Shown one piece after another: positions 38,304-51,412 of a DNA stretch of 64,000 nucleotides (the stretch's first letter is position 1; the number at the start of each line of letters is the position of its first letter). Made by a program: the position numbers and the translations under genes. The stretch covers positions 1,364,001-1,428,000 of the forward strand of contig OZ237735.1 of assembly GCA_965178125.1 (NCBI GenBank), given 5' to 3'. This DNA comes from Bilabrum cf. latius. Taxonomy: Eukaryota. The notes beneath the pieces are model-generated. The model was not told where the DNA came from. It searched no databases and saw only the letters and a list, made by a program, of their open reading frames with translations.

Positions 38304-40793
38304 ATGGAGGCTAGGACTGCGGCTGGGGAAGTGGTGATACAGTTTGAACAAGAGGATCCCGCAAACGATGCGTAGGTTATGAAAGTGTAGTCGCAGCTGC
38401 TCAGCAGGATCGAGGACGTATCCGACCTCGACCTGGAGATTAGCGACGAGACGTTCACAGAAGAGTAGCTTGCTTCAATTGCTGCAGCGGTGCGTTGCGC
38501 AAGCAATCTGATGGAGCTCAGATGCCGCGGTGCGCTGCGGTCGGCACCGCTGCTGCAGCGCGGCACCTAGCTCCTGCAGGCTGTCCGACCAGCCTCGCTG
38601 CGAGGTCTCTGGCTGGAGTCGTGCCCTTTTCTTGATAGCGACTTGCATGCTAAGTTGCTAGGAGCAAGTATCAAACAGCAGTCGCGTCTGGTTGAGCTCG
38701 AAATAGTTTACCCCGGTTCCGATCAATGCTCCGATGCGGCGGTCCTTCATTTCGCCCACGCACTGAAGACTCTGCCGCTCCTGGAGTCGCTACAGCTAGA
38801 GTAGTTCCAAGCTGCCACTACCCATGGCCTGGATGCCCTCGTAGACAGCATTGCAGCCATCCCGAAGCTGTCCAAGCTACGGCTTTTTTGCTGCTAGTTT
38901 AGCGCAGAGAGAGTTGCGTCTGTTCTGTCAAAGTCCAGAGCGCTGGAAGTTTTATCCATCGGTTTGGAAGGATCGCACCGCAGCCGCACCGAACACCTTT
39001 GGAAGGCCGTCGGGGAGTCTCCGAGCATCCGGGAAGTCTCGTGCAATCTCCTGCCGCAGGAAGACACGCGTGGCATCGGGGCTCTGGAGCACGCGCTGGC
39101 ATCGAGCTCCAGCCTGACCAAGCTCGCCCTTTGCACATTCGAAGAAGACGAGCAGAATCCGCTTGGGGGTGGCGGCGGCGGCGGCGGTGGCGACGACGAC
39201 GAGGGAGGCGGGTTCGAATGCGCCGCCGTCTGCGGGCCGATCGCCGACGGCGTCCGACGGAATCCCAATTCGCGCCTGCGCAAGCTTACGCTGGAGCGGC
39301 TTCCCTCTGGCAAGTCCTACAGCGAAGGTGAGCACCTGGCCCGCCTGCTGAGCAGCTGCTCCACGCTCCGAAGGCTCTGCGTGGGCGGTCCCACGGCCAA
39401 CGAGGCCTCCGGCGACGACGCCTGGATGATGTCTCAGCCAGGGGAAATGTCCGCTCTGCTTGAGTCCCTGGCGTCTCCGCTCTGCGCGCTGGAAGAACTC
39501 CGCCTGTGGGTGGGCTGGCTGGACGACGAAGCCGACGCGGCGTTCGAGCAAGTGCTCGCTTCGCCGGGGAGCACCCTGCGAACGATCGAGCTGGGTCGTT
39601 GCAACGCCGATGCAACGACGCTCGCGTGCATCGCGCGGGGCCTGAAACGAAACAGCACGCTACAAACCCTCAAGATCGTGGAGAGTCACATTACCTCGGA
39701 CGCGAAAGGCATGGTGGCGCTGGCAGACGCCCTCGCGACCAACGACACACTCACCTGCCTAGACCTCAGCAACAACGGCATCGCGGACTACCCCCCGCTG
39801 GGCCTCCCCGCCGCAGAGGCTCTATCCAGCGCTCTAGCCGCGAACCACTCCCTGGTCCAACTAGACATGAGCAGCACCCCCTTTACGGGCGGCGCGGAGG
39901 ACGCCATCGCAGACGGGGTGGGAGAGAACATGGGGCTCGTGGTGGCCGACCTGGCCGTGGGCTCGGGTCCTGCCATCTGGCACCACTGTGCCAGGGTTGT
40001 GCAGTCCAACGTGGGGCTGGCCTCACTCGGCCTGGCTCCCGCGGGGCAGCGGGTGCCCAAGGTGGTGGCGAGCGGGCTGATCAGCGCCATTCGGTCTGCT
40101 CCCGGCCTACTGCAGCTGCAGGGCGCCGATTCGGAGTCGCTGGCACCTGGAGTGCCCGCTGCTCTCGCCTCCGATCGCAGTGCGGCGGTGCGCAAGTGGC
40201 TGGGGCAGACCCCCAGGGTGGACCGGGCGGCTTGTTCCCTGAGGATGCTGGCGGGACCGCACAGGGGCGGGCTGGAGGCGGGGGCCGTGCTGGGGTATGC
40301 CACGCGCGCGCTGCAGCATGCCGCCGGGGCGGGGAGCGCGGGGGAGTGCCTGGTGGTGCTGCAGGCCGTGCTGGAGGGGGAGCGAAGGGAACTGTTCCCT
40401 CGGGAGGTGTGCCTGGACACGGGCGTGCATGAGGTGGTGCGCGCTGTGGGGGCCCATGGGGAGGGTCGGGATGGCTGGGGCGGCTGCGTGAGTCGGTGCG
40501 AGGCAGTGCTGGGGCTCGAGGCGGGCAGGAGAAGGGGGTGGCTGGCGCGGTGGAGGAGGGCGTGGCGGGCGCACGAGGACGCCTCGAGGGTGTTCGCAGC
40601 GGCGTCGGAGGGACGGCATCTGGAGCTGGCAAAGAGGCTCGAGGTGGGCAGGCACGCTGGCGGGGCGCGTGCTAGAGGCATGATCCGGCACGGCGGCCGC
40701 AAGATCGACCTGGCTGCCATCGAGGCCGCGCTGATTCGGGGACACTGGAACTGCGTGAAAGTCCTCCACGACGTGCATGCCATGGGGTACTGA
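38304..40793 (+). CDS. Ribonuclease-inhibitor-like leucine-rich repeat protein
   Basis: Repeated LxxNxTLxxLxLxxNxI units (e.g. ALATNDTLTCLDLSNNGI). The frame extends 5' of ORF 38964 through 6 TAGs to ATG 38304, possibly earlier; ends in TGA. Confidence 0.78.
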
Positions 40794-41530
40794 CGCAGAA
40801 CTGCTGGTTTGGTGGCCGTGGGGGTTCCCTTGCTTGTTGCGCTGCAGTGCTTGCACCCGAAATGGACAATGTTTGGTTTTGGTTGTCAGCACTTCCGCGA
40901 CTCCGTTTGGGCACCATGGCAGATCGATAGCGAGCTGCAAGAGAAGAATTGAAGGCGGGGGCGTTTAGGTAGCTGATGGTAAGCTGAGAACAGGCTCACA
41001 AGGCTATGTCTAGGTCGAGAACGTGTCGCAATAATTTCGATCGGTCCGGCTCCATCTCCCATCTTTTTGCGCTTTCGCAGTACGTCAGAATCAAAGTAAA
41101 GAAATAGGATGACCCTGAGTCTGCATCTGCGGCTGACATGGCTGCACTGCAAACCATTTCAGTCCCGGCAAAACTGGAGAGACCGAGTGGACTGAGCGAC
41201 TACAACTATTCCAAGGATGTCCAGATGCTCAGTGACATGGAAGACACCTTGACACGACTGAGCAGATAATAGTGGGACTGTCTCGCGCGTGCTGGTGCAG
41301 CTGTCTGCATGGAGGTTGCGTGTTTTTCTTCAGGAACTTGCCTTGTCAGTATCTCTATTCTCCTCATGTATTTGAGCCAGTTTGGGCGTCGTGTCGGCGC
41401 ATCATAATACAAGAATCAAGACAACACTAATCTATCGGATTCGTACAAAGCATGAATTCGACAAGGAGCAACGGATTGCAGTTGCGGTTTCGCGCACCAT
41501 CCCACTGCCGAATCATATCGTGCAGGCAAA

Positions 41531-42799
41531 ATGAGCTTCCGACCGAGCCTGCTTTGTATTCTCTTAGCTGTCGTGACATATTAGTCTGACTCTCATCCTG
41601 TCTCGCGCCATGTACAGTCCTTGAAAACTCCTGGAGTGCTCATTGTGAACCTAAACCGAGATGTTGAGCGCGGAGAAGGCACGCGCATGGCTCTGCAGAA
41701 GGCACTGCAACCCAGAAGTTTGAATGAAGGAAGAAATCCAGTTAGCCCCTCCTGCGACCTGGCTCGCTTGGTGTGGTCCAGTTCTTCAGACCCCATGCGG
41801 ATGCTGCCATTCACCGCTGAAGACAACACAACTGCGTGCATGGCGATATCTAAACTGAAGGACTCCCTTGCCAAGAGTGATGCATCAGATATGGAAGGCA
41901 AAGTCTTGCGGTGGCCTGCTACGGACGCAAGCCACCCGGTGGGCCGACACATGTTGCTTCGGCAGGCAGACGTTCACACCCGATTCATGATTTAGAACCA
42001 TGGGGTGGTGGTGCGGGGTTCCGATCACGAAATTGATTCGATGGGACCGTTAGGTTGCTCGTCAAGTCACTACTAGATCTGGTCTGTGATGGAAGACCTT
42101 CAGATCCCCTACGCCATCGTGGTGGAGGACGACGTCCGGCCGACGGGGCGGCTGCAACGAGATCTGGCTTCCATCGACAGCGAGCTCGAGTCTTTGCACG
42201 CATACCCAGAGAGGTTTGACATGCTCCTGCTTGGCTGGAGGTTCTTGCACTCAAGTCGCACGGCTGGGGAGCTCGGCCCGGAGGGCGAAGTGCGCGCCCC
42301 TTCGGCTGGCAGCAGCACAGGCATGCGCCGCGTGCTGGGGATCTGGCACGGGACGCATGCGTATTTAATCACGCTGAGGGGTGCCAAGCGATTGCGCGAG
42401 CTGATGAGGAGGGAAGGGATCGGGGAGCACCTTGACCACTGGGCGGGGGAGGCCAATGCCGTGGAGGAGGACATGGTCGTGCTCGCTCCTGCAAAGCAAG
42501 TGTTTCGCACCGTCGGAGCGAGCACCCTGGGGCACGGGCTCGGCTGCTTTAGCTGCAAGTACAAGGATATCATGCCGTACGTGTTGATGGTGCTGGCGTT
42601 GACTTGGACTTGCATCTTGGTCGAGGCAGTGTGCGGCCTACGGGCCTGCGGGTCATCCATTGCAGCAGCGGCGCGGTCTGGAGTATCACTGGTCTCCGGC
42701 GCTGCAGGCGGTGGGCCGGCCGCGGTGGGCTCGATCGCGGCACGAACGGGTGCAAGCCGCTTACCGCTGCCCGGATAGGCTAACAGGCATGCGTAGTAA
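41531..42799 (+). CDS. Glycosyltransferase family 25 protein with signal peptide and C-terminal TM helix
   Basis: Motifs VLIVNLNRDVER, GPLGCSSSHY*IW, YAIVVEDD, DMLLLG, GTHAYLITLRGAKRL, HLD. In-frame TAGs near 41582, 41993, 42074, 42776 and 42794; first non-TAG stop is TAA at 42797-42799. Confidence 0.82.
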
Positions 42800-42882
42800 A
42801 AGGCAATCTAGATCAGATGATGCACTCAACATCAAGCTGTACTCCAAGCATCATCATCAACCACTCGCATGACGCTGCGCGA

Positions 42883-45800
42883 TCAGTCGTCTTTCTCGTC
42901 CTCATCCACGAACAGCACGTCCGCCACAGCCACCAGGAACTCCGACCCCGGCTCAAGCCCGAAGCGCTGCAGCGCAACGCTCAATTCATCATCTGGAATC
43001 TCGTCCAACACCGCCGGCGAGAAACGGCCCGTCGATCGGGTCGCCGAGGAGCCCAGCTGGCCGCTATCGCCGAGCGCGCTCCCCGCCTCCCCCTCCCTTG
43101 CCATGCCGCCACGAGAGGGCGTGCTGCTGCTGCTGCTCCCAGGCACGATTCGCCGAAGCACCTTCCTAACCTGCCCGACGACGACAGAGGGCCAGGAGCC
43201 CCCCGCCATGGTGACGGCCTGGTCAGCGCATCGAGCCCGGAGAAGCATTCTCGTGGGCTTGCCATTCGCACCCGCTGCCGCCGGCTGCGCGCCGGCCCTG
43301 CGGTCCTGGATGGCCTCGTACACGAAGGCAGGCACACTGGCCTTCGATGACTCGGAGCTCCGGTCGGACTCGCCCCTCGGCCGGCCGTCTCCACCTGCCT
43401 CCTGCCCCGCGCCACCTTTGCCCTTGCCCTTGCCCTTGCCTTTCCCCTTGCTGCCTCGCCCCTTCTTGCCTCGGGAGTCACCCTCATGCTCCTTTCGCTT
43501 GCTCTTCCGGCCCGCTGACACCATGGTGTGGGCCTCGGCCGGGTGAGACATCAAGGACCCGCTGTACCCGGCGGCCTCGGGCACGTGCCTCGCATGGAAC
43601 ACCACGACGTCCTGCGGATTCACAGAACCGTACAGCACCGCGCGCTCCCTGCGGTCCTGGTCCAGGGCGATGATCCTGTTGTTCAGGTCCACGTTGGAGT
43701 GCTGCAGTGCAGCGAGGTACCGAAGGACCTTGCGAAGCTGCTCGACAACACGCCCCGGCCGCAGGTTCGCAAGACCGGCAACGTCTCGACGGGTGGTGGG
43801 GGTCTGTGACTTGGATCGTCTCGCCGAAGCGCTTCGGCTGCCGATTGCTTCAATGTCAGTGCTGATCACCCTGGCATCTGCCGACTATGGGGCACCTGCT
43901 TGGGTCTTCTCGGTCGGCTTCGGAGTCGAGCTATCCGCCAGCACCAGGCCGAGTGGGCCTGGCGTGCTCGCTCCATCCTCTCCTTCGGCATCCGTGTCGT
44001 CGTGGGAGTCCACATCAAAATGCGAAATCATGCCCAGCCCCTTAAGAAGCGCCTCGGGCACTTCCCCCTCAGAGTGTGAGGGGCGCAGAGTGGCGGCGGC
44101 AACCGCAGCAGCAGTGGCAGCGCCACCAGCCCGCCGACCCCCTCCAGCCCCAAGCCAGCGAGGCGCCCCGCCTGCGATACCACCCTGCGCTCCGTGCACC
44201 TGCAGCGCGTTTTCAGCAGCGTCCACGGCCCTGGAGTCGCGCAGCAGAGACAGAACCTTCCAAAGCGCCTGCCCTGCGGTCAGCTTCCCCCGGGGCTAGG
44301 AATTCGACAGAAGCCGCATGGCTTGGCCGCCCTCGATCCCGTGCCTAGCAATGCTCCCAGCACTGGCCCCGTGCTGCAGCCTACGGACCACCCTCGAGCC
44401 CCGATCGGCCGAGGCGGCGGACATCGATCGACCGATCGGCCCGCCCGAGTCTCGCACCGCATCGTCTGACACTGGAGTCGTTGCCGCCGCCGGTGAACCC
44501 GACCTGGACACGGACTCCGACGCAGCGCTGGAGCTGCTGCCGTGAGGCGCCAGAAGCCCAGTGGGCAGTCTTCGCTCGGAGCCGACCACGGGCGATACAA
44601 CGAAATCGAAGACGCTGTCGTCCCCCGTGTCGCTCGCGTTCAACGAGGACGCAGACTCGCCGGCCGTAGCCTGGGGTACCTGGATGGACACGCCAGCGGG
44701 CAGCCCCATCCCCGCCGGCACCGGTGATGCCGCGAGAGCAGTCCCGGCGGGCACGATGCCAGGCTCCCCTGCTGCCCCTGGTTGAGCACCGTGCGCTAGC
44801 TGCGCCTCATCCGCGTCGTCGTATCCTACACCCGCGAGAATGTGTTCACTGAGCGAGTAGCCCGCGGTGGGGATGCGGTTCGAGGTCCACGGGAGCGTGT
44901 CGGGCAGTCCTTCCGGGCTGGTCGCCAGCGAGTCTGGCTGTGCTGCGGTGAGTCCCTGCCCAAAGCCATCCTGATGAGCTTGCTCCAGCAGCGGCGGCCC
45001 TGCTCCGGTCGGACTGGAGGTGCGAGAGGCCGCCAGCACGTGGCCGTCCAAGTATTCCTTCAGGGCCTCTTCTCCGAGGCCTGACCCCTGCCCATACCAT
45101 TGCGCCATCTGTGCCAGCTCTGCCTTAAGACCGGCCACCTCTGCCTCAAGGCCGAGCTTCCTGACCATGCCATTGGCAGCCAAGTCCTCCTCCTAGTCCA
45201 GAGTAACCTCGGCCAGCCGCAGCTCTCGCACCCTTTGCCCTGCGGAGTCATCACTGCCATCGCTTACATTCTGCCGGTTCCCGTCGACCCTTCCATCTTT
45301 CGGGCTAGCAGAAGCGGATGCTCGATCCTTCTAGCCTACACCAGCACTGGCGCTGGCATCGACAGCAGCAGCCGAGATGGCGGGGTCGCTGACCTCGTCC
45401 TACGCGTCTGCTTCAGGCCCAGCCACGAAATCAGCAATGTTGTCGATGCGCGGGAGCTTGGACACGATGCCCTCCCAGCGCACCTCGAACACGGGCGCCT
45501 TTTCCTCCATTCCAGGGAACAGGCCCGCCGGCAGCACCCCCCCGTGCATGCGGTCGAAGTGCGCGCGGCGCTGCGACTCCCTCGTCCGGGCACGCTCCAG
45601 GCTGTCCCACACGTGCTGCACCTGCGCGACGTAGTGCCGCGCGAATGCCCTACGCCGAGATACCTCGCGCAAAGCAGTCGTGTAGGCAGCCGGCATGCCT
45701 CTGACCCGCCGAATGTGCGCGACCGCGCCCCTCTGCATCTTGTCTGCCTGTGCCAGCTGCTGCATCCTCCTGTTCAGCGAGGCGATCTCGCGGTGGAGCC

Positions 45801-47527
45801 CGCTCACCTTTGCCATCCCGCGCCTGAGACGATCCAGGACGAAGCTCTCTGCCGCGCATATGCCCCTGGCCCTAGTCCTGAGCGGGTCATCGTCCGCCAT
45901 GACCGCGGGCAGCAGCTCGTCCTCTAGCTTCTTCTGCAGTGCGTCAAGGGCATCCCTCGAGTCCGACCCGCTGGGCGAGCCGGACCCCGCGCTCGCCTGC
46001 TTCGCCAGTGCTGCGATGTTTGCGTGCAGCAGCGTCACAGCCTCCTCGCTGGCACGCAGCGCCTCGTCAGCCGCCTGCCAGCCCACCTCCGCCCTGGATT
46101 CCAGTGCCTGCACCCGCTCTCTGATGCCGGTTGCAACGGCCTGTGGCACGGGCGGCTCCTTGGCGGCTTCTTCGCAGCGCCGGAAGAACTCTGTGACGTC
46201 ACTGTGCAATGACTTGGCGAGGGCCGCCAGCCTTGTCTCGCTGGAGGTGCACTTCTGCGCCCAGTCGAGCGTGCCGCGCTCGTCCACGTGATCAAGCAGC
46301 GTGCCAGTTCCGACTGCTTTGGACTCATCACGATCTGTGCCTGCGGCGGCAGCGGCAGCGGCTCGTCGCTTGAGCTTCTTCCTGTGGAGCCTGGCAAGTT
46401 CCGGGTGCAAGGTGACTTCCGCGAGCCTAGAGCAATACTCGGGAGCCCTTGACAAGATCTGCTTCCTCTCGGCGCTTTCGCGGCCAAACCGTCTATAGAA
46501 CGCCTCGAAGCGTCTCAAGCTGCCTGCAGCTACGTCAACAAGGTTGGACATGGCCGCGTCCAGCGCGCGAGCCCTCACACCGGCCCGCTGCGCCGCGGCC
46601 ACGCCCCCATTCACACGCTCGCGGAGCACTCTGGGCGCCACTTTGGCCATCCTGTGCCACCCCACAATCCTTGCAAATCTAGAGCGCATGGCGTGGAACA
46701 CCGCAAGCGCAGGCCCCTGCAGCTTCTCCGCGGGCGCGCTCGGCCCGCTTGCACCAGAGTGCCCTGCACCCTGCGAGCCACCGGTTGCCGGACCAGAGCC
46801 GCCTTCGCCAGACCCCTTCGATCCAGAGTGATCGGAGGAACCCCCCGGGTCGGAGCCGCTGGCCCCGCTGCTGCCGCCCCCTGCGATGGCGGCCGATAAC
46901 CTGGCTGCAGCCAGGCGGGCTCGTTCCGGCAGCTCGCCATCGAGCGCGCGCAGCAGTCCGAATGGTTCGTCGGGGGTGTCGCGCAGAGGTTGGGACAATG
47001 AGTGCAACGATTCTCCTCCTATCGACTTGAGCTGCTCTTTGGTGGGCCAAAAAGTCGAGCTAGGCGCAGGATCGAACACGCCACCCGTGGATGGTGCCGA
47101 TTCAGAGCTGCCAGATGCCAAAGATTTGCGGGCAGCATCGATCTCTCGCCTATCGTACAGAAACATATTTCGTCTCTGCGCATCGACTCGCGCCAGCTCT
47201 TCTTGGATGTCTGTATCTGGGCGGTCGCGAGGATGCTTGTACGGCTTCCCGATCAGCACGATCTAGCTGGCAGGCGGAACTCCGCATTCCTTTGCGAGCA
47301 AGCTCTTCAGGTCCTTAATCCTGTAAGTATGGTAAAGATTGTGCGATGAATGGCTGAATGACAACTGGAGCAGGAGCAAGATACGAGAATCCTAGTCATT
47401 GATCTGTGTCTTACTTCCGGATCCCTGCAAGGTTGCAAGGTCGCTCCAAGCCCGTAAAAGCAACTTCTACGGTCTATCGGGACTCATTTTTGGTTGCAAC
47501 TCCGGCACGTTCACCGGACTTGGCCAT
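42883..47527 (-). CDS. ATG11: Autophagy-related protein 11 / FIP200 (RB1CC1)-like scaffold
   Basis: Ubiquitin-like N-terminus IKDLKSLLAKECGVPPAS*IVL. ATG17-like MPAAYTTALREVSRRR...ESQRR..F...HGGVLPAGLFPGM. Coiled coil and claw-like C-terminus (DVVVF...VVVGQV...FGLEPGSEFLVA). Intron 47321-47414. TAGs include 47263, 45400, 45331, 45193, 44296 and 43885; ends in TGA. Confidence 0.78.
47321..47414 (-). other. Spliceosomal intron in ATG11-like gene
   Basis: GTAAGA...TTACAG on the minus strand, phase 2; restores the frame. Confidence 0.7.
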
Positions 47528-47725
47528 AATTTGCCAATATTGTCGCCAATATTTCAATGCGCAATGAACGAATCGGCATCGAACCTGGACGAAGAACGGA
47601 ACCACCACACGGCGAATGCGCGGCGACCGCGGTGTCGGGTGATGAATCCGCATTCGGCACTAGCATATTCACATTGCGTTTCGCTGGCGATACTACCATC
47701 CATTATTGTAATGAGCTAAGCAGGT

Positions 47726-50700
47726 ATGGCGGGTGCAGGCGAGTGGAGGCCAGATAAGCCCAAATTGGACCGAATCTTTGCGCTTATTCGTGATGCCACC
47801 AGCCCAGGAAAGGCAGGGGAGGAGCACAAGCAAGCCGCTGCCGTGTCAAGGCTCCGCGAGCTATCTGAGTAGACACCTGATGCGGGCTTGTATGCTCTCT
47901 TGGTTTTGAGATCTCCTCCAGCTCCAAACGCTGAGTCTGCTGACCAAATGGCATGCAGCATGGTGCAGGCGGCCATCCGGAGATCAGCGAGAGACCGTGC
48001 CTCTGTTCTACCGGAACTTGTGAGACGGGCAAAGTTGGTGTGCCTGCAGGAGTCTGTTGTGAAACCGACCCGGCCCCACGGACCTCGGGCGATGCAATCA
48101 CTCGCTGCAACTGTAGCTCTCCTCGCACGAAGCGGTGGGGTAAACACCTGGCCAGAAGCTGTCCACGCATGCAGAAATGGCCTTAAGCCCACGGCACCGC
48201 CAGGACTGCGGCAATTATCTGCGTCGCTGGCCTCCATGCTGCTCGAGGACGCGAGCGCAGCAGCTGCCGGCGAGTAGCAGAGCTACGGAGCCGCGAGCGC
48301 CGCGCCCGGCAGGAAGTCTCGCTGGGGCCCATCAGTGGGGGAACAGCAAAGCGAGGGAGGATTAGAGGCGGCGCTGCCAAGGCTCGCCACCGCCATGCCA
48401 ACGCTAGACACGACCGGGCTAGACGGACCAGTCGGCGCAGTTCCAGGGTTTGACAAGCTGCTTGAGCCGCCCGGCCGCGAGTTCAACCTCGGTCCGAGCC
48501 TGAGCCCGAGCCTGGGATCGGGTCCCGCCGCCGGTGACGGCAGCTTCTCCGGGGACGAGTACGTCTCTGCTGTGGAGAGGGGGAGGCTGGCGGTGCAGTC
48601 ACTCGGGCCCCTGGCACTCGACCTGGCCCGATGGGCCGAAGCCGGGTGCCAGGCACTCAAGACGAAAGGCAGCAGCGCCGGTGCTGGGGCTCCCGTGAGT
48701 CTGCCGACGGGTGTCTCTGCAGACGAGGCGATCGCGATGCTCCCCGTTGCCTTGGAGGCCATCAAGAAGTGCCCCCACGCGGTGGTGTCCAGCCCAGAGC
48801 TCAGGGAACACATCGTCAAGATGGTAGGCGGGCTGGCCCTGTGCTTGAGGGCAGCTGCGTCGGCCGCCAAGTCTGGGTTCTCGGCCTCGGGCCCGAGAAG
48901 CTCGCAGGGCAACCAGGTGCTGTCGGCTGGCGTGCACGCCGCCGGGCTGCTCAAGGAGGTCGTGCACGACCACGGGAGGTAGATGTGGCCATCGATCGGG
49001 CACATCTGGGACGGCGTTGTAGCCGCCCTGCAGCAGAACAAGTGCGTCCAGCTGCAGAAGGCTGTCATCGAGATCTGGCTGGAGGTGTGGGTCACCGCTC
49101 GGTCTGGGTTTGGGGGAGATGAGGTGCGCGCGCAGACCCAGGCAATGGCAGGCCGGCTGTCTCCCTTGCTCGTGCCCTTGTGCATGCTCCACGAGGAAGA
49201 CGAGGCGGGCGGTCACCTGCCCACCACGGACGTTGCAGATGCCCGGGTCCCTGACACGCTTGCTGACCTGCACCCGTCCTGGAAGCACAGACTAGAGGAG
49301 ACATCAGAGGGCGGAGCCACGGGTGGTAGTTTCATGGGAGGAGGGGATGCAGCCATGCAGGACGTCGACGACGGTCTCAGCATAGACGCTGCTGCAGCGT
49401 GCGGGGCGAGTACGGAGAGCGGCGGGCTGATGTGGACCCTAAGGCGCAGTGCGGCCCTCGGCCTCGAAGCGGCAGCCTACGCCGGTATGAAGGATGCCTT
49501 GGCGCCCATCATGCCGATCATTGCCAAGGGAGCGGCATAGATGGAGAATTGGAAGAGACGCGAAGCCTGCGTGCTGTGCGCGGGCATCGTTGCGCCGCCC
49601 TTGGGGAAGGCACAGGGCTACTCGCCCGCCGTCGACGGCTTGCTCAAGCGGGTGCTGCATCTTCTGCGGCACGACGCCCAGCCTCTCGTTAGAAGAGCGG
49701 CTGCCTGGGCAGTAGCACGCGTCGCCACATCGACTCTGGCAACTGCCGCAAGCGACGCTCGGTTCGAAGCCAACGCGGCTGCCCTTGAGGCAGCCAGGGA
49801 CGGAAGCGCGGCGCGCGGCATGAGCTCGTTTGCGACTGCAGCGACTGCAGCGGTGCCAGAGTCACGGCGGTCGACCCAAATCAGGCAAGCTGTGGACGCC
49901 TGTTTTCGCGGTCTCATCCAAGCAATGGGAGACCGCAACAAACTGGTGTAGCGAGGCGTGATTGCGTCCCTGCAGTCGTGCCTGCAGCAGGTCAGCAGCG
50001 AATCCTCCGAGAGCGTCCTCGTGCCAGCGCTCATCACCGGCATCCAGAAGGGCCTGGCCTCGTACCAGCTGAGGTCCTACCTGGCGACCTGCAGACTGGG
50101 CACCGTCATGTGCCTCGTGTACGGTAGGGGTGACCGCATGCGGGAGGTAGGCAGAGCTTGGCTTCCCGAGCTTCTCCGGCGATGGGGCCTCCTGAGTCGA
50201 AGCAACGCGTCCGTGGGCGCCTCGTCCCAGCTGCAGTCCGGTCCGCTTCGAGCCGCTTACGCAAAGGTGCTCGGGCCTGGGGGGCCTCCTGGTGCCGCCA
50301 TGCCCGTGCCTAGCGCGCAGTAGGTGGCTCGATACGCGCTGATGTCAACAATGGCGGCGGTGGTCGAGGCGTGCGGCGACTCGGCCGCTCCCGTGGCCCC
50401 GCAGCTCTCCGCCCTCGCCTGCTTGGCTGCTCACGACGAGCTGTCGCGATACGAGCGGGCAATGGAACAGGGCCGAAGCAACGGGTTGGCTCGGGTACCC
50501 TTCCCGGCGGAAGACTACGTACGGTCGGCGCTGCGCCTGCTCTCGTCTTGTGCCCGGGCGGCGAACGACGGAGCCGGCTCGCCTCCCGGCTCCGGTGCGT
50601 TTCTCCCCGCAGTCGACCAGCCCGACGTGTTTCGGCTGCTGCCGCGGACCCTGAGCCACGCCAGCGCCAGCATCCGCACGGCTGCCTTCCGGCTGGCCTC

Positions 50701-51412
50701 CAGTCTGATGAGCTCTTGCGCGGCGAGGACCCTTGGCAGTGCTCGAGGCATCACCAAGTCGCTGGTGGCTGCCATGCGCGCCACTGCGGGCAGCAGCGAG
50801 GTAGCCATGGCCACGAGTGCGGTGGCAACTGCCTGCAAGCTGCTTAGAGTTGCCAGGCGAGATGACCGCACGCTAGCCCAGGAAGTGGCCGGGGAGCTCG
50901 CCCCACCGCTGCTCGCCAACGTGAAGTCCGGTGGGCTGCTGCAGTCGCAGCCCATCCTGCTGCAAGCGCAGGCAGAGGCGATAGCGTGGTGCTGCGTGTG
51001 CGCGCCAGCACGAACAGCAGCGTCCATGCGTCCCGAGACACTGGGGCTCGTGGCGTTGCACGGCACGGGGATGCAGGCCCTGTCCCTGTCCTCGAGCGAG
51101 ACGCCTGCAGGTGAGCTGAGGGAGGTGACAGCCAGGGGCTGCATGGCGGCAGTGACTGCCAACGAGAGGCTGCTTCAGCCGCAGGTCGGTCCCAGCCTGG
51201 CCATGCTGGTGTACATGTGCCACCAGCAGGTGCCTAGGGCCAACAGCCCTGGGGTGCTTGAGCCGCCCACATCAGGGTGTATTGAGGCTGCCAATGCGTT
51301 GCTGCGGAGGCTCAAGGCAGCAGCCAGCGGGATGGACGGCTTGAAGCGGCTGCTGGCCCGAATGCCGGAGGACCAGCGGGACTTCTTGCTGAAGCTCGCG
51401 GCACCGATGTGA
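47726..51412 (+). CDS. Divergent transportin-1 (karyopherin beta-2)-like HEAT-repeat protein
   Basis: Motifs WRPD...IFALIRDATSP, WTLRRSAALGLE, WKRREACVL..G.VA, PLVRRAAAWAVAR and DRNKLV*, matching TNPO1 WKPD, WNLRKCSAAALD and DSNKRVQ. Six in-frame TAGs; ends in TGA. Confidence 0.75.

Noticed and set aside
40794-41530. Longest intergenic gap, checked for a small gene, tRNA or mobile element
   Set aside because: No convincing ORF homology, cloverleaf or terminal repeats were visible by eye; a covariance-model search would be needed.
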